Virus record (IMG/VR): IMGVR_UViG_3300048856_000044 | Location: 1-32,655 of that record | Origin: a virus | Lineage: Duplodnaviria; Caudoviricetes | DNA: 32,655 bases | Direction: 5' to 3' (one strand) | Shown here: positions 25,376-32,655 of the stretch, one piece after another | Layout: each line of letters starts with the position of its first letter | Position numbering within the stretch: position 1 is the first letter of the stretch | Position numbers and translations under genes: made by a program | The notes under the pieces: generated by a model | Databases searched by the model: none | Seen by the model: only the letters and a program-made list of their open reading frames with translations | What the model was told of the DNA's origin: nothing

Positions 25376-25800
25376 TGCTGGCGCACCTGCACGCGGTCCG
25401 CGCTGCGCTGCAGCGCCCCGACGTCGACGCCTTCGTGCTGGAGGCGGTGAAGTACGGCCCCACCGGCACCGAGGTCGACCTGGTCTACCCGTACCACCTG
25501 GTCTGGCCGTCGACGAACGCGCCGCACGCCGAGGCCGACCTGGCCCGCGCGCGCGACCTGACCTTCCTGGTGGGCGTGACCTCGGTGGGCCTGACGGCCG
25601 ACTCCGCCGGCGTGCTGGCCCGCAACGCCCGCCGCGCGCTCGGCGCCGAGAAGTTCGTCCCGCTGGCGGTGGCCGGCCGTGCGGCGCGGATCCGCTGGGA
25701 GGCCTTCTCCACGGCCTCGGTCGACCGGGACGTCACCGTGTCCGGCCGCTACCCCAGCTACTGGGTGGACCTGTACCGCATCGAGTCCACGCCGGCCTGA
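25375..25800 (+). CDS. Tail terminator
   Basis: YPYHLVW, VTSVG and VDRDV...YWVDLYRIESTPA motifs. Precedes the tail tube gene. Confidence 0.75.
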   Translation: MLAHLHAVRAALQRPDVDAFVLEAVKYGPTGTEVDLVYPYHLVWPSTNAPHAEADLARARDLTFLVGVTSVGLTADSAGVLARNARRALGAEKFVPLAVAGRAARIRWEAFSTASVDRDVTVSGRYPSYWVDLYRIESTPA

Positions 25801-25867
25801 ACCACCCACCCACCGGCCCCTCGCCGACCGGCGGCGGGCCCGTACCTATGCCCGGAAGGGGGCACTC

Positions 25868-26068
25868 ATGGCGAAGACCACCGCCTACCGCAAGGGGACC
25901 GGGGAGAAGGTCCGGGTCCCGGAGCACTGGCTCGGCCACCCGACGCTCGGCGCCGACCTGCAGAGGACCAAGCCGACCGCGGCGCAGCTCGAGCAGCGTG
26001 CCAGCGGCGGCGACACCGACAACGACGAGCCGGCCACCCCGGCCCCGGCCGCCAAGAAGGGACGCTGA
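25868..26068 (+). CDS. Small hypothetical protein (66 aa)
   Basis: AAGGGGG SD. Contains TGEKVRVPEHWLGHPTLG. Confidence 0.7.
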   Translation: MAKTTAYRKGTGEKVRVPEHWLGHPTLGADLQRTKPTAAQLEQRASGGDTDNDEPATPAPAAKKGR

Positions 26069-26070
26069 CC

Positions 26071-26589
26071 ATGCCTCGCTCGCTTGCTGACGGCAAGACC
26101 AAGTTCACGCTGCTGACCGAGAAGCCCGCGGACCCGGCCAAGCCGACCGCGCTCGAGCTCAACGGCGGCATCCAGGCCGACGGGTCGATCCTCGCCTCGG
26201 ACTTCACCTGGGGCGCGACCGACTCCGACACCGTCGCCGAGAAGTCCCTGCGCGACAAGAACAACGCCAACTCCCTCGGCGCGTCGAACTACCAGGCCGG
26301 CGTGACGCCGTTCCGGTACTTCGACGACGAGACCGGCGCCGTGGACGCCACGGAGGACACCGTGTTCGCCGCGCTGCGGGAGAAGGGCACCCAGCTGTGG
26401 GGCTACGCCCGCCGCACCGGCAAGGACGCGGAGGAGCCGTGGGCCGCCGACGACGAGATCTTCCTCGGCGCGGAGGTCATCACGGACGAGCCGCAGCCCC
26501 CGAGCGACCTCGGCGGCTACACGAAGTTCCGTGTGCCGATGCAGGTGCAGAAGGCCTACCCGTTCATCGCGGTGGCGGCCGGCGCCTGA
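26071..26589 (+). CDS. Major tail (tube) protein
   Basis: LADGKTK...PADPAKPTALELNGG...TDSDTVAEKSL motif and synteny. Confidence 0.88.
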   Translation: MPRSLADGKTKFTLLTEKPADPAKPTALELNGGIQADGSILASDFTWGATDSDTVAEKSLRDKNNANSLGASNYQAGVTPFRYFDDETGAVDATEDTVFAALREKGTQLWGYARRTGKDAEEPWAADDEIFLGAEVITDEPQPPSDLGGYTKFRVPMQVQKAYPFIAVAAGA

Positions 26590-26597
26590 CCCGATCC

Positions 26598-26635
26598 CCC
26601 GGCCGGGCGTGCGACACGGGGCGCGCCCGGCCGGG
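26598..26635 (+). terminator. Long hairpin after the major tail gene
   Basis: CCCGGCCGGGCGTGC/GCGCGCCCGGCCGGG 15-bp stem. No U-tract. Confidence 0.55.
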
Positions 26636-26682
26636 CACCACCTCCACCCCGTGACCCCGTGAACCCCGTGAAGGAGCCAGCC

Positions 26683-27438
26683 GTGGACACCCACAAGGCC
26701 GAGATCGTCGCCAACCCCGACGTCAGCGTCGAGGACTGGATCGGTGGTGTGACCTTCCTGCAGACCAAGGTCACCCTGTACCGCAACCCCGCGATCTACG
26801 CGGAGTACAAGCCGCTGCTGGACCAGATCGCCGCGGCCGAGCAGGAGCTCGCCGCCCTGACCGCCGAGGACGAGCCCGGCGAGCAGCCCGAGCGGGCGAT
26901 GTCCGGCGCGGACGCCGAGGCGCCGATGTCGGAGCCCAAGGGTGAGCGTGCCCTCGGCGAGAAGCCCGCTCCGGCGCCCCGAATCCAGGAGGCGCAGCAG
27001 ACCCTGGACGCGCTGTACGAGCGCGCCGAGCAGCTGTACGCCGCCTACGAGAAGGACGTCGAGGTCTGGACACTGCGCAAGCTCTCCGACGACGAGATCG
27101 ACGCGATCCGCAAGGAGCTCGGCGGCGTCCCGAAGCAGCCGACGAAGCCGGGCCCGAAGGCGAAGCCGCAGGCACGCACCGCCTACGTGCAGAAGTTCGA
27201 GAAGTGGCTCGAGCAGATGAGCGAGTTCGCCGACGAGGTGAACCTGCGCGCCGTGGCCAAGGCCGTCGTCTCGGTCGAGGTCAAGGGCGCCAAGGTCCCG
27301 AACCCCACCCTGGACGACATGCGGCGGTTCGCCACCCTGCCCGCGCGCGCCGGCCACCTGGGTGTGCTCGTGGCCGCCCTCAACGAGCTGACCGTCGAGG
27401 GTGTGGGCATCGCCGCCCCTCATCGCCCGAGGGCTTGA
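26683..27438 (+). CDS. Tail assembly chaperone (G-like)
   Basis: AAGGAG SD at 26671-26676. Lies between the tail tube and tape measure genes. Confidence 0.8.
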   Translation: MDTHKAEIVANPDVSVEDWIGGVTFLQTKVTLYRNPAIYAEYKPLLDQIAAAEQELAALTAEDEPGEQPERAMSGADAEAPMSEPKGERALGEKPAPAPRIQEAQQTLDALYERAEQLYAAYEKDVEVWTLRKLSDDEIDAIRKELGGVPKQPTKPGPKAKPQARTAYVQKFEKWLEQMSEFADEVNLRAVAKAVVSVEVKGAKVPNPTLDDMRRFATLPARAGHLGVLVAALNELTVEGVGIAAPHRPRA

Positions 27439-27859
27439 GCGGAGCCCTGGCGTCGTCATCGCCCTGCGCGCCGCTCGGGCGTGGGGCACCCCGCCGATGG
27501 TCTACCTCGGCCTCGAGAAGCCGAAGGGCCGCTGGTCGGCGAAGTCCCGGGCACTGGCTGAGGGCCTGCTGCTGTACGAGGACGGGCTGAACTCTCTCGG
27601 CATCCCGCAGCGTGTGGCGACCGACCCCGAGAACGCGGGGTTCTTCGAGGTGGACGACTCCCTCGTCGACCACTCGCAGGCCGCGCTGGAGCAGTGGCGT
27701 GAGCAGAGCAAGAAGCCGGACCCGGGCGTGATGCCGCAGGTGCGGCTGGACGAGCGTGCGAAGGCAGCTGCGGCCCGCCGTCGCGCGGCGCGCAAGGCGC
27801 AGGCGGCCGCGGCCGTGACCGCGGCTAGCGGCCTGGGGTCCCCCGCTTCCGCCACATGA
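27401..27859 (+). CDS. Tail assembly chaperone second ORF (T-like); start uncertain (frameshift fusion or ATG 27497)
   Basis: Overlaps the G ORF end in the +1 frame. ARAWGTPP...RWS.KSRALAEGLLLYE is coding-like before the first ATG. Confidence 0.72.
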   Translation: MWASPPLIARGLERSPGVVIALRAARAWGTPPMVYLGLEKPKGRWSAKSRALAEGLLLYEDGLNSLGIPQRVATDPENAGFFEVDDSLVDHSQAALEQWREQSKKPDPGVMPQVRLDERAKAAAARRRAARKAQAAAAVTAASGLGSPASAT

Positions 27860-28043
27860 GGAAGGCGCCGACCGCTGTCAGCAACAAGCCAACGACGAGT
27901 CCGACGATCCTGCGCGTCGGGTCGCTTTGGCCGCCCGCCACGAGCCCGGCCACCTCAAACACCAGGATCGCGATCCCGATCACCAGGATCCACGGCCATT
28001 CGGTCTTGCGCTCGTCTCCGCTCACCCGCCTAGTGAACCGCAT
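27825..28043 (-). CDS. Antisense small two-TM membrane protein (start 28043 or GTG 28025)
   Basis: WPWILVIGIAILVFEVAGLVAGG and IVGLVVGLLLTAVGAFLMW helices with a basic tail RKR. Fills the chaperone-TMP gap. Confidence 0.72.
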   Translation of the reverse strand: MRFTRRVSGDERKTEWPWILVIGIAILVFEVAGLVAGGQSDPTRRIVGLVVGLLLTAVGAFLMWRKRGTPGR

Positions 28044-28058
28044 GAACCGGAGGTAGCC

Positions 28059-31000
28059 GTGGCCGATCGGTCCGTCGTCGTGCGCCTGCGGGCGATCGTC
28101 ACCGACTACGAGCAGAAGTTTCGCCAGGCAGCGAAGACGGCGTCCGACGCCCTGCAAAGGAACCACGCCGACGTCGACACCCTGTCGACGAAACTGGGCA
28201 TCGTCGGCGCCGGCCTTACCGGCGTGGCGGCGCTCGCGGTCAAGAAGTTCGCCGAGTTCGACTCTGCTGTCGCTGGAGTAAAGGCGACCGGTGACGACGC
28301 GGCTCAAAGCATCGGCGCCCTTCGAGACCTTGCTCTCGACGCGGGTGCACGGACCGTCTACTCGGCCACCGAGGCTGCGAACGCCATCGAGGAGATGACC
28401 AAGGCTGGCGTCTCGGCGAAGGACGTGCTCTCTGGCGGCCTTGACGGTGCCCTCGACCTGGCGGCGGCCGGCCAGCTCGACGTGGCACAGGCCGCAGAGA
28501 TCGCGTCCACGACGATGAACCAGTTCTCGCTGGCCGGCGAGGACGTGACGCACATCGCCGACGTGCTAGCCGCCTCGGCTGGCAAGGCGAACGGCGAGGT
28601 GTCGGACTTCGGCCTGGCGATGAAGTACGTCGGCCCGGTCGCCTCTCAGCTCGGTGTCAGCCTCGAGGAGACCTCCGGCACGCTGGCGCTGCTGGCGCAG
28701 AACGGCATCCTGGCCGACTCGGCCGGCACCGGCCTCCGTGGCGTGATGATGAGCTTGACCGCGCCGACGAAGATCGCGCAGAAGGCGATGGACGAGTACG
28801 GCATCGCGGCGTTCGACGCCCAGGGCCAGTTCGTCGGCCTGTCGTCGCTTGCCGGCCAACTGCACGACAAGCTCGGCGGCCTGACGGAAGCCGAGCGCTC
28901 TGCCGCTCTCGGGCGCATGTTCGGCAACGAGCAGATCACCACGGCGCGCATCCTGTACCAGGAGGGCGCGACCGCGATCCAGGACTGGACGCAGCAGGTC
29001 GACGACTCGGGCTATGCCGCCGAGGTCGCAGCCACCAAGCTCGACACGCTGGCCGGCGACTGGGAGGGCTTCACCGGCGCTCTCGACACCGCACTAATCG
29101 GCGCGGGTGAGGGTGCGAACGGTCCGCTTCGGTCGCTGGTGCAGTCGGCGACGGACGCTGTGAACGCGTTCTCCGACCTTCCGCCGGCGGTTCAGCAGGG
29201 CACCCTCATGCTGGTCGGCGGTGCCGGGCTGGTCGCCCTCGGCGTGGCCGGGCTCGGGAAGCTTGTTGTCGGCACCCGCGACAGCGTCCAGGCGATGAAG
29301 GACCTGGGCCTGGTGTCGGACACGACGACGGGCAAGGTCGGTCGCGGAATGAGGCGCGCGGCTGTTGGGATCGGCGTCGCCTCGACGGCCATGGGCGTGT
29401 TCGCCGTGGCAGCGCAGCTGGCCGGCACCGGCATGGACGATCTTGCGGACGCGGGCCGCATCGGCGACCAGTTCGAGGGCCTCGCCGCCGGGAGCGACAA
29501 GGCTCGCCAGAACCTCGAGAGCATGTTCACCGTCGCGGGCAGCAGCGGCGCGGACCTCAAGGGGCTCGACACCGCCATGCGAGCCCTCGACCAGAACGGG
29601 TTCGTTCAGTTCCTCGATAAGGCCGGCGGTCTGTTCGGCGTCTTCGACACCGAGACCGGTCTCGCCCAGGCCGCCGTCGAGCAGTTCGACGCGGCCCTGG
29701 CTGCGGCGGTCGCTTCAGGCAACACCGAGGACGTCGCTGCCGCGCTCGACTACTACAAGGAGGCCGCCGCCGCCGCGGGTGTCGAGACCGAGACGGCGAT
29801 GGGCTGGCTGACCAAATACGGCGAAGCGGCCGACGCCGCCAGCGTCGCGCAGGACCAGCTCCAGGGCTCGACTGAAGAGCTGACTCCGGCGCAGCTGGAA
29901 GAGAAGCAGGCGACTGAGGAGGCCACCAAGGCGCTCGAGGACTGGCGTGACATGGTCTCGGAGGCCTACCAGTCGTTCATCGACCTCGGTGGCGTCTACC
30001 AGGGCGTCATCGACAAGAACCGGGAGTTGGCGGAGCACATCGCGAAGGACACCGCGTCGGCGGAGGACTCGTGGGAGGACTACTACGACGGCGTGTCGGT
30101 GAGCGCGTCCGACTACATCGGCCAGCTGGAGGCGCAGGTCCAGGCGCAGGAGGCGTGGGCCTCGAACATGTCGGAGCTCTCCGGGCGTCTGGCGGAGAAG
30201 ATGCCTGCGGACATGCAGTTCGCGGCGCAGGCGATGATCGACGAGCTGGTGGAGCTCGGCCCTGAGGGCGCCGCTCAGGTCCAGCTGCTGCACGACATGT
30301 CGGACGAGGAGCTGGCGAAGGTCGTCGAGCTGTACGACCGGAAGGGTGCAGCCTCCGCGGGGGCGTTCGTTTCCGAGGTGGAGTCTCACAGGGATCCGAT
30401 CATCAACGTGCAGGACGACGCTTCGGAGAAGATCGCTGCCGTCCGGGAGCAGCTGTTGAAGCTGCCGGACAACACGACGATCAAGGTCACCACTGACACG
30501 CGGGTGACAGGCCCGGGCATGACGACCGGTGGCGTGCCGTGGGGTGACGGCGAGGGCGCGGGCTGGACCGGCAAGCTGCCGCGCGGCGTGGCTCAGATGT
30601 CGCGGGCCGTGAAGTCGATGGATCCGATGGCGCGGATCACGTCGGGGTACCGGCCGGGCGCGATCACAGCGACCGGTCACCCCTCCTACCACGGCATGGG
30701 GCGGGCGATCGACATCGTCTCGCCGAATATGGGCCGCACCTGGGACCTGCTGCGGCGCGCGTTCGGCTCCAAGGCGAAGGAGCTGTACTACACGCCGCGT
30801 GGGTTTGTCCGTAACGGGCGGCTGACGAACGACGTCGCAGCGGTCACGAAGCGGACGCACTTCTCGCACGTGCACCTGGCGCTGGCCTCTGGTGGTCGGC
30901 TGCCGGGTCACGCCCCGGCGAACCCTCGCGAGGACAACCTCCTCGGTGTGGACGAGCACGGGATGCCGTTGGCGCGGGTGCGGTCGCGGGAGTGGGTGGT

Positions 31001-31367
31001 GAACCAGCCCGCGTCGGACTACTACGGCGACCGGTTCATGGGTGCGATCAACCGCAAGGCGATCCCACGCGAGGCGGTCATGGCGCTGCCAGGGCTCGCC
31101 AACGGCGGGTTCGTCGGGGCGGCGTCCGTGCCGCAGCCCTACAGCCGCACGGCAGCCGCTCTGGGCTCATCGGGGCAGCACCTGGACGTCACGGCGTCCC
31201 TCGCGCCCGGTGCGATCGGAGCGGCCCTGGACGGCATGTCGATGACCCTGCTGGTCGACGGGCAGCCGATCCGCGCGATCGTCCGGGCCGAGGCCGCGGA
31301 CGCCACTGCACGCAGCGTGCTCGCCGAAGCGCGCAACGCCCGACGAGGAGGCAAGCGTGGCTGGTGA
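28059..31367 (+). CDS. Tape measure protein with a C-terminal M15-type Zn peptidase domain
   Basis: GGAGG SD before GTG 28059. TP901-type core (YSATEAANAIEEMTKAG...). C-terminal ITSGYRPG...SYHGMGRAIDI...HFSHVH. Confidence 0.93.
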   Translation: MADRSVVVRLRAIVTDYEQKFRQAAKTASDALQRNHADVDTLSTKLGIVGAGLTGVAALAVKKFAEFDSAVAGVKATGDDAAQSIGALRDLALDAGARTVYSATEAANAIEEMTKAGVSAKDVLSGGLDGALDLAAAGQLDVAQAAEIASTTMNQFSLAGEDVTHIADVLAASAGKANGEVSDFGLAMKYVGPVASQLGVSLEETSGTLALLAQNGILADSAGTGLRGVMMSLTAPTKIAQKAMDEYGIAAFDAQGQFVGLSSLAGQLHDKLGGLTEAERSAALGRMFGNEQITTARILYQEGATAIQDWTQQVDDSGYAAEVAATKLDTLAGDWEGFTGALDTALIGAGEGANGPLRSLVQSATDAVNAFSDLPPAVQQGTLMLVGGAGLVALGVAGLGKLVVGTRDSVQAMKDLGLVSDTTTGKVGRGMRRAAVGIGVASTAMGVFAVAAQLAGTGMDDLADAGRIGDQFEGLAAGSDKARQNLESMFTVAGSSGADLKGLDTAMRALDQNGFVQFLDKAGGLFGVFDTETGLAQAAVEQFDAALAAAVASGNTEDVAAALDYYKEAAAAAGVETETAMGWLTKYGEAADAASVAQDQLQGSTEELTPAQLEEKQATEEATKALEDWRDMVSEAYQSFIDLGGVYQGVIDKNRELAEHIAKDTASAEDSWEDYYDGVSVSASDYIGQLEAQVQAQEAWASNMSELSGRLAEKMPADMQFAAQAMIDELVELGPEGAAQVQLLHDMSDEELAKVVELYDRKGAASAGAFVSEVESHRDPIINVQDDASEKIAAVREQLLKLPDNTTIKVTTDTRVTGPGMTTGGVPWGDGEGAGWTGKLPRGVAQMSRAVKSMDPMARITSGYRPGAITATGHPSYHGMGRAIDIVSPNMGRTWDLLRRAFGSKAKELYYTPRGFVRNGRLTNDVAAVTKRTHFSHVHLALASGGRLPGHAPANPREDNLLGVDEHGMPLARVRSREWVVNQPASDYYGDRFMGAINRKAIPREAVMALPGLANGGFVGAASVPQPYSRTAAALGSSGQHLDVTASLAPGAIGAALDGMSMTLLVDGQPIRAIVRAEAADATARSVLAEARNARRGGKRGW

Positions 31368-32211
31368 CCTGCCGATGTTCGAGATCGGCGGCCTCGAGCT
31401 CGGGCACGACGACGGACCGATCCGGGTGCTCGAGTGGGACCCGGAGGAGCAGGAGCTCCAGTCCTACGGCTCCGTAGTCAACGGGCGGATGCTGTTCGGC
31501 CGGGACGAGCCGGTGCCGCCGACGTGGCGCTTCCGGTTCCGCACCCGCGTCCAGGGCGGAGAAGCCGGCGCGCAGGCGAAGGTCGCCCAGCTCGTCGCCG
31601 CGTTCCGACCTGACAACCTGGCGCCCGGCGAGGACGTCCCGCTCCGGTACCTCCTGGCGGGTCGGTGGCGGCGGGTCTACGGCCGGCCGCAGCGCGTCGT
31701 GGCACCGTCCACGGACGTCCTCGTGCAGCAGGGCCGGGCGGACGTGCCGGCCACCTTCCAGCTAACGGAGGCGCTGCACTTCGACGACGCCGAGCAATCG
31801 GTGTCGTTGACGTCGATCCCGCCGACGGTGGGCGGGCTGGTGGCGCCGATCGTCGCGCCGATCACCACGGCGAAGAACTCCGAGGTGGCGGCCGACTCGA
31901 TCACGGTCGGCGGCGACACGGAGACGCCGCTGCGGGTGGTCTTCCGCGGCCCGATCACGGACCCGTGGATGACGGTCGGTGGCATCCGGATCGCGCTGTC
32001 CGGCCGGATCGCCGCCGGCCAGACCGTCACCGTCGACGCCCGCGCCCGCACCGTGCTGCGGCAGGACGGCGCGTCGGTCGCAGGAATGCTCTCGCGCACC
32101 GCCCGCATGGGCCAGCTGCGCCTGCCGCCGGGCGCCCACGCGGTGCGCTACGGCGGCACCGGAACCGCCCGGGCCACCGTGGCCTGGCGCAACGCGTGGA
32201 GGACGTTATGA
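31357..32211 (+). CDS. Minor tail protein (distal tail/Dit-like)
   Basis: GAGGAGG SD. Follows the TMP. RRVYGRP...FRGPITDP...LRLPPG...VAWRNAW motifs. Confidence 0.82.
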   Translation: MAGDLPMFEIGGLELGHDDGPIRVLEWDPEEQELQSYGSVVNGRMLFGRDEPVPPTWRFRFRTRVQGGEAGAQAKVAQLVAAFRPDNLAPGEDVPLRYLLAGRWRRVYGRPQRVVAPSTDVLVQQGRADVPATFQLTEALHFDDAEQSVSLTSIPPTVGGLVAPIVAPITTAKNSEVAADSITVGGDTETPLRVVFRGPITDPWMTVGGIRIALSGRIAAGQTVTVDARARTVLRQDGASVAGMLSRTARMGQLRLPPGAHAVRYGGTGTARATVAWRNAWRTL

Positions 32212-32655
32212 CGCTGAACAGCAAGCCGTGGCTCATCGGCGGCGGAGTCGAGCACCCCGTCGAAGTCGGGCGCGCCCTGGCGCACATGGCCACCATGGGC
32301 GCCTCCGGCGTCGGCACCCCGCGCTCGCTGAAGGTGGTCACCACCACCGTCCCGGGCAACAACATCCGGGTCAACGAGGGCATCGCGGTGGCGGCCTCGG
32401 CCTACGGCGGCGGGCTGCTGGAGTCGTACATCCTGTGGGGCGACAGCCACACCGACGTCGAGGTGACGCCGACCGGCTCCGGCGCGCGCTCAGACCTCGT
32501 GATCGCGCGCATCCGCGACCCTCAGCATGAGGGCACGTGGCCGGCCGACCCGCAGTCCGGCGACTACGCCTACATCGACATCATCGAGGGCGTGCCGGCG
32601 AACACCAACGGCACCCGTGGGCTGGGCCTGACCTACCCGTGCGTGGCGCTCGCTC
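32208..32655 (+). CDS. Minor tail protein (3'-truncated by the window edge; not in the ORF track)
   Basis: GGAGG SD and ATGA overlap. Open to the window end: MTLNSKPWLIGGGVEHP...PTGSGARSDLVIARIRDPQH. Confidence 0.8.
   Translation, partial: MTLNSKPWLIGGGVEHPVEVGRALAHMATMGASGVGTPRSLKVVTTTVPGNNIRVNEGIAVAASAYGGGLLESYILWGDSHTDVEVTPTGSGARSDLVIARIRDPQHEGTWPADPQSGDYAYIDIIEGVPANTNGTRGLGLTYPCVALA

Larger units (their letters stand above)
1600..32655. mobile_element. Temperate siphovirus prophage (left boundary approximate, continues beyond the right edge)
   Basis: Integrase, immunity, early, packaging, head and tail modules in canonical order. Composition and codon usage change after about 1.55-1.6 kb. 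attL was not identified. Confidence 0.93.

Noticed and set aside
27856-28056. Plus-strand 66-aa ORF before the TMP and the TMP extension from 27927
   Set aside because: These are the reverse complement of the more convincing two-TM gene. The TMP has a clear SD at GTG 28059.

Overview
High-GC actinobacterial DNA (Micrococcales-like host, inferred from codon usage and gene content). About the first 1.5 kb is host sequence: a DUF5701-like gene, an alpha/beta hydrolase and a small ORF. The rest (~1.6 kb to the window end) is the left ~31 kb of an apparently intact temperate siphovirus prophage. In order it carries a two-gene cargo operon beside the integrase (Pol-beta-type nucleotidyltransferase plus an unknown partner), a tyrosine integrase, an ImmA/repressor/Cro switch with clear operators, an excisionase, and early genes (ParB-like, Lsr2-like, beta-clamp/FtsK-gamma fusion, VRR-NUC, HNH-bearing replication protein with internal iterons, Zn/HTH regulator). 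These are followed by a moron, an HNH, a putative cos region, TerS, a TerL split into two genes, portal, head, neck and tail genes, an antisense membrane moron, a tape measure with an M15-type peptidase domain, and minor tail genes running off the right edge. The best candidate for an undescribed system is the NTase + partner operon at 1861-3358, a probable prophage-encoded defence or toxin-antitoxin module. All family assignments come from reading motifs by eye; no database search was run.
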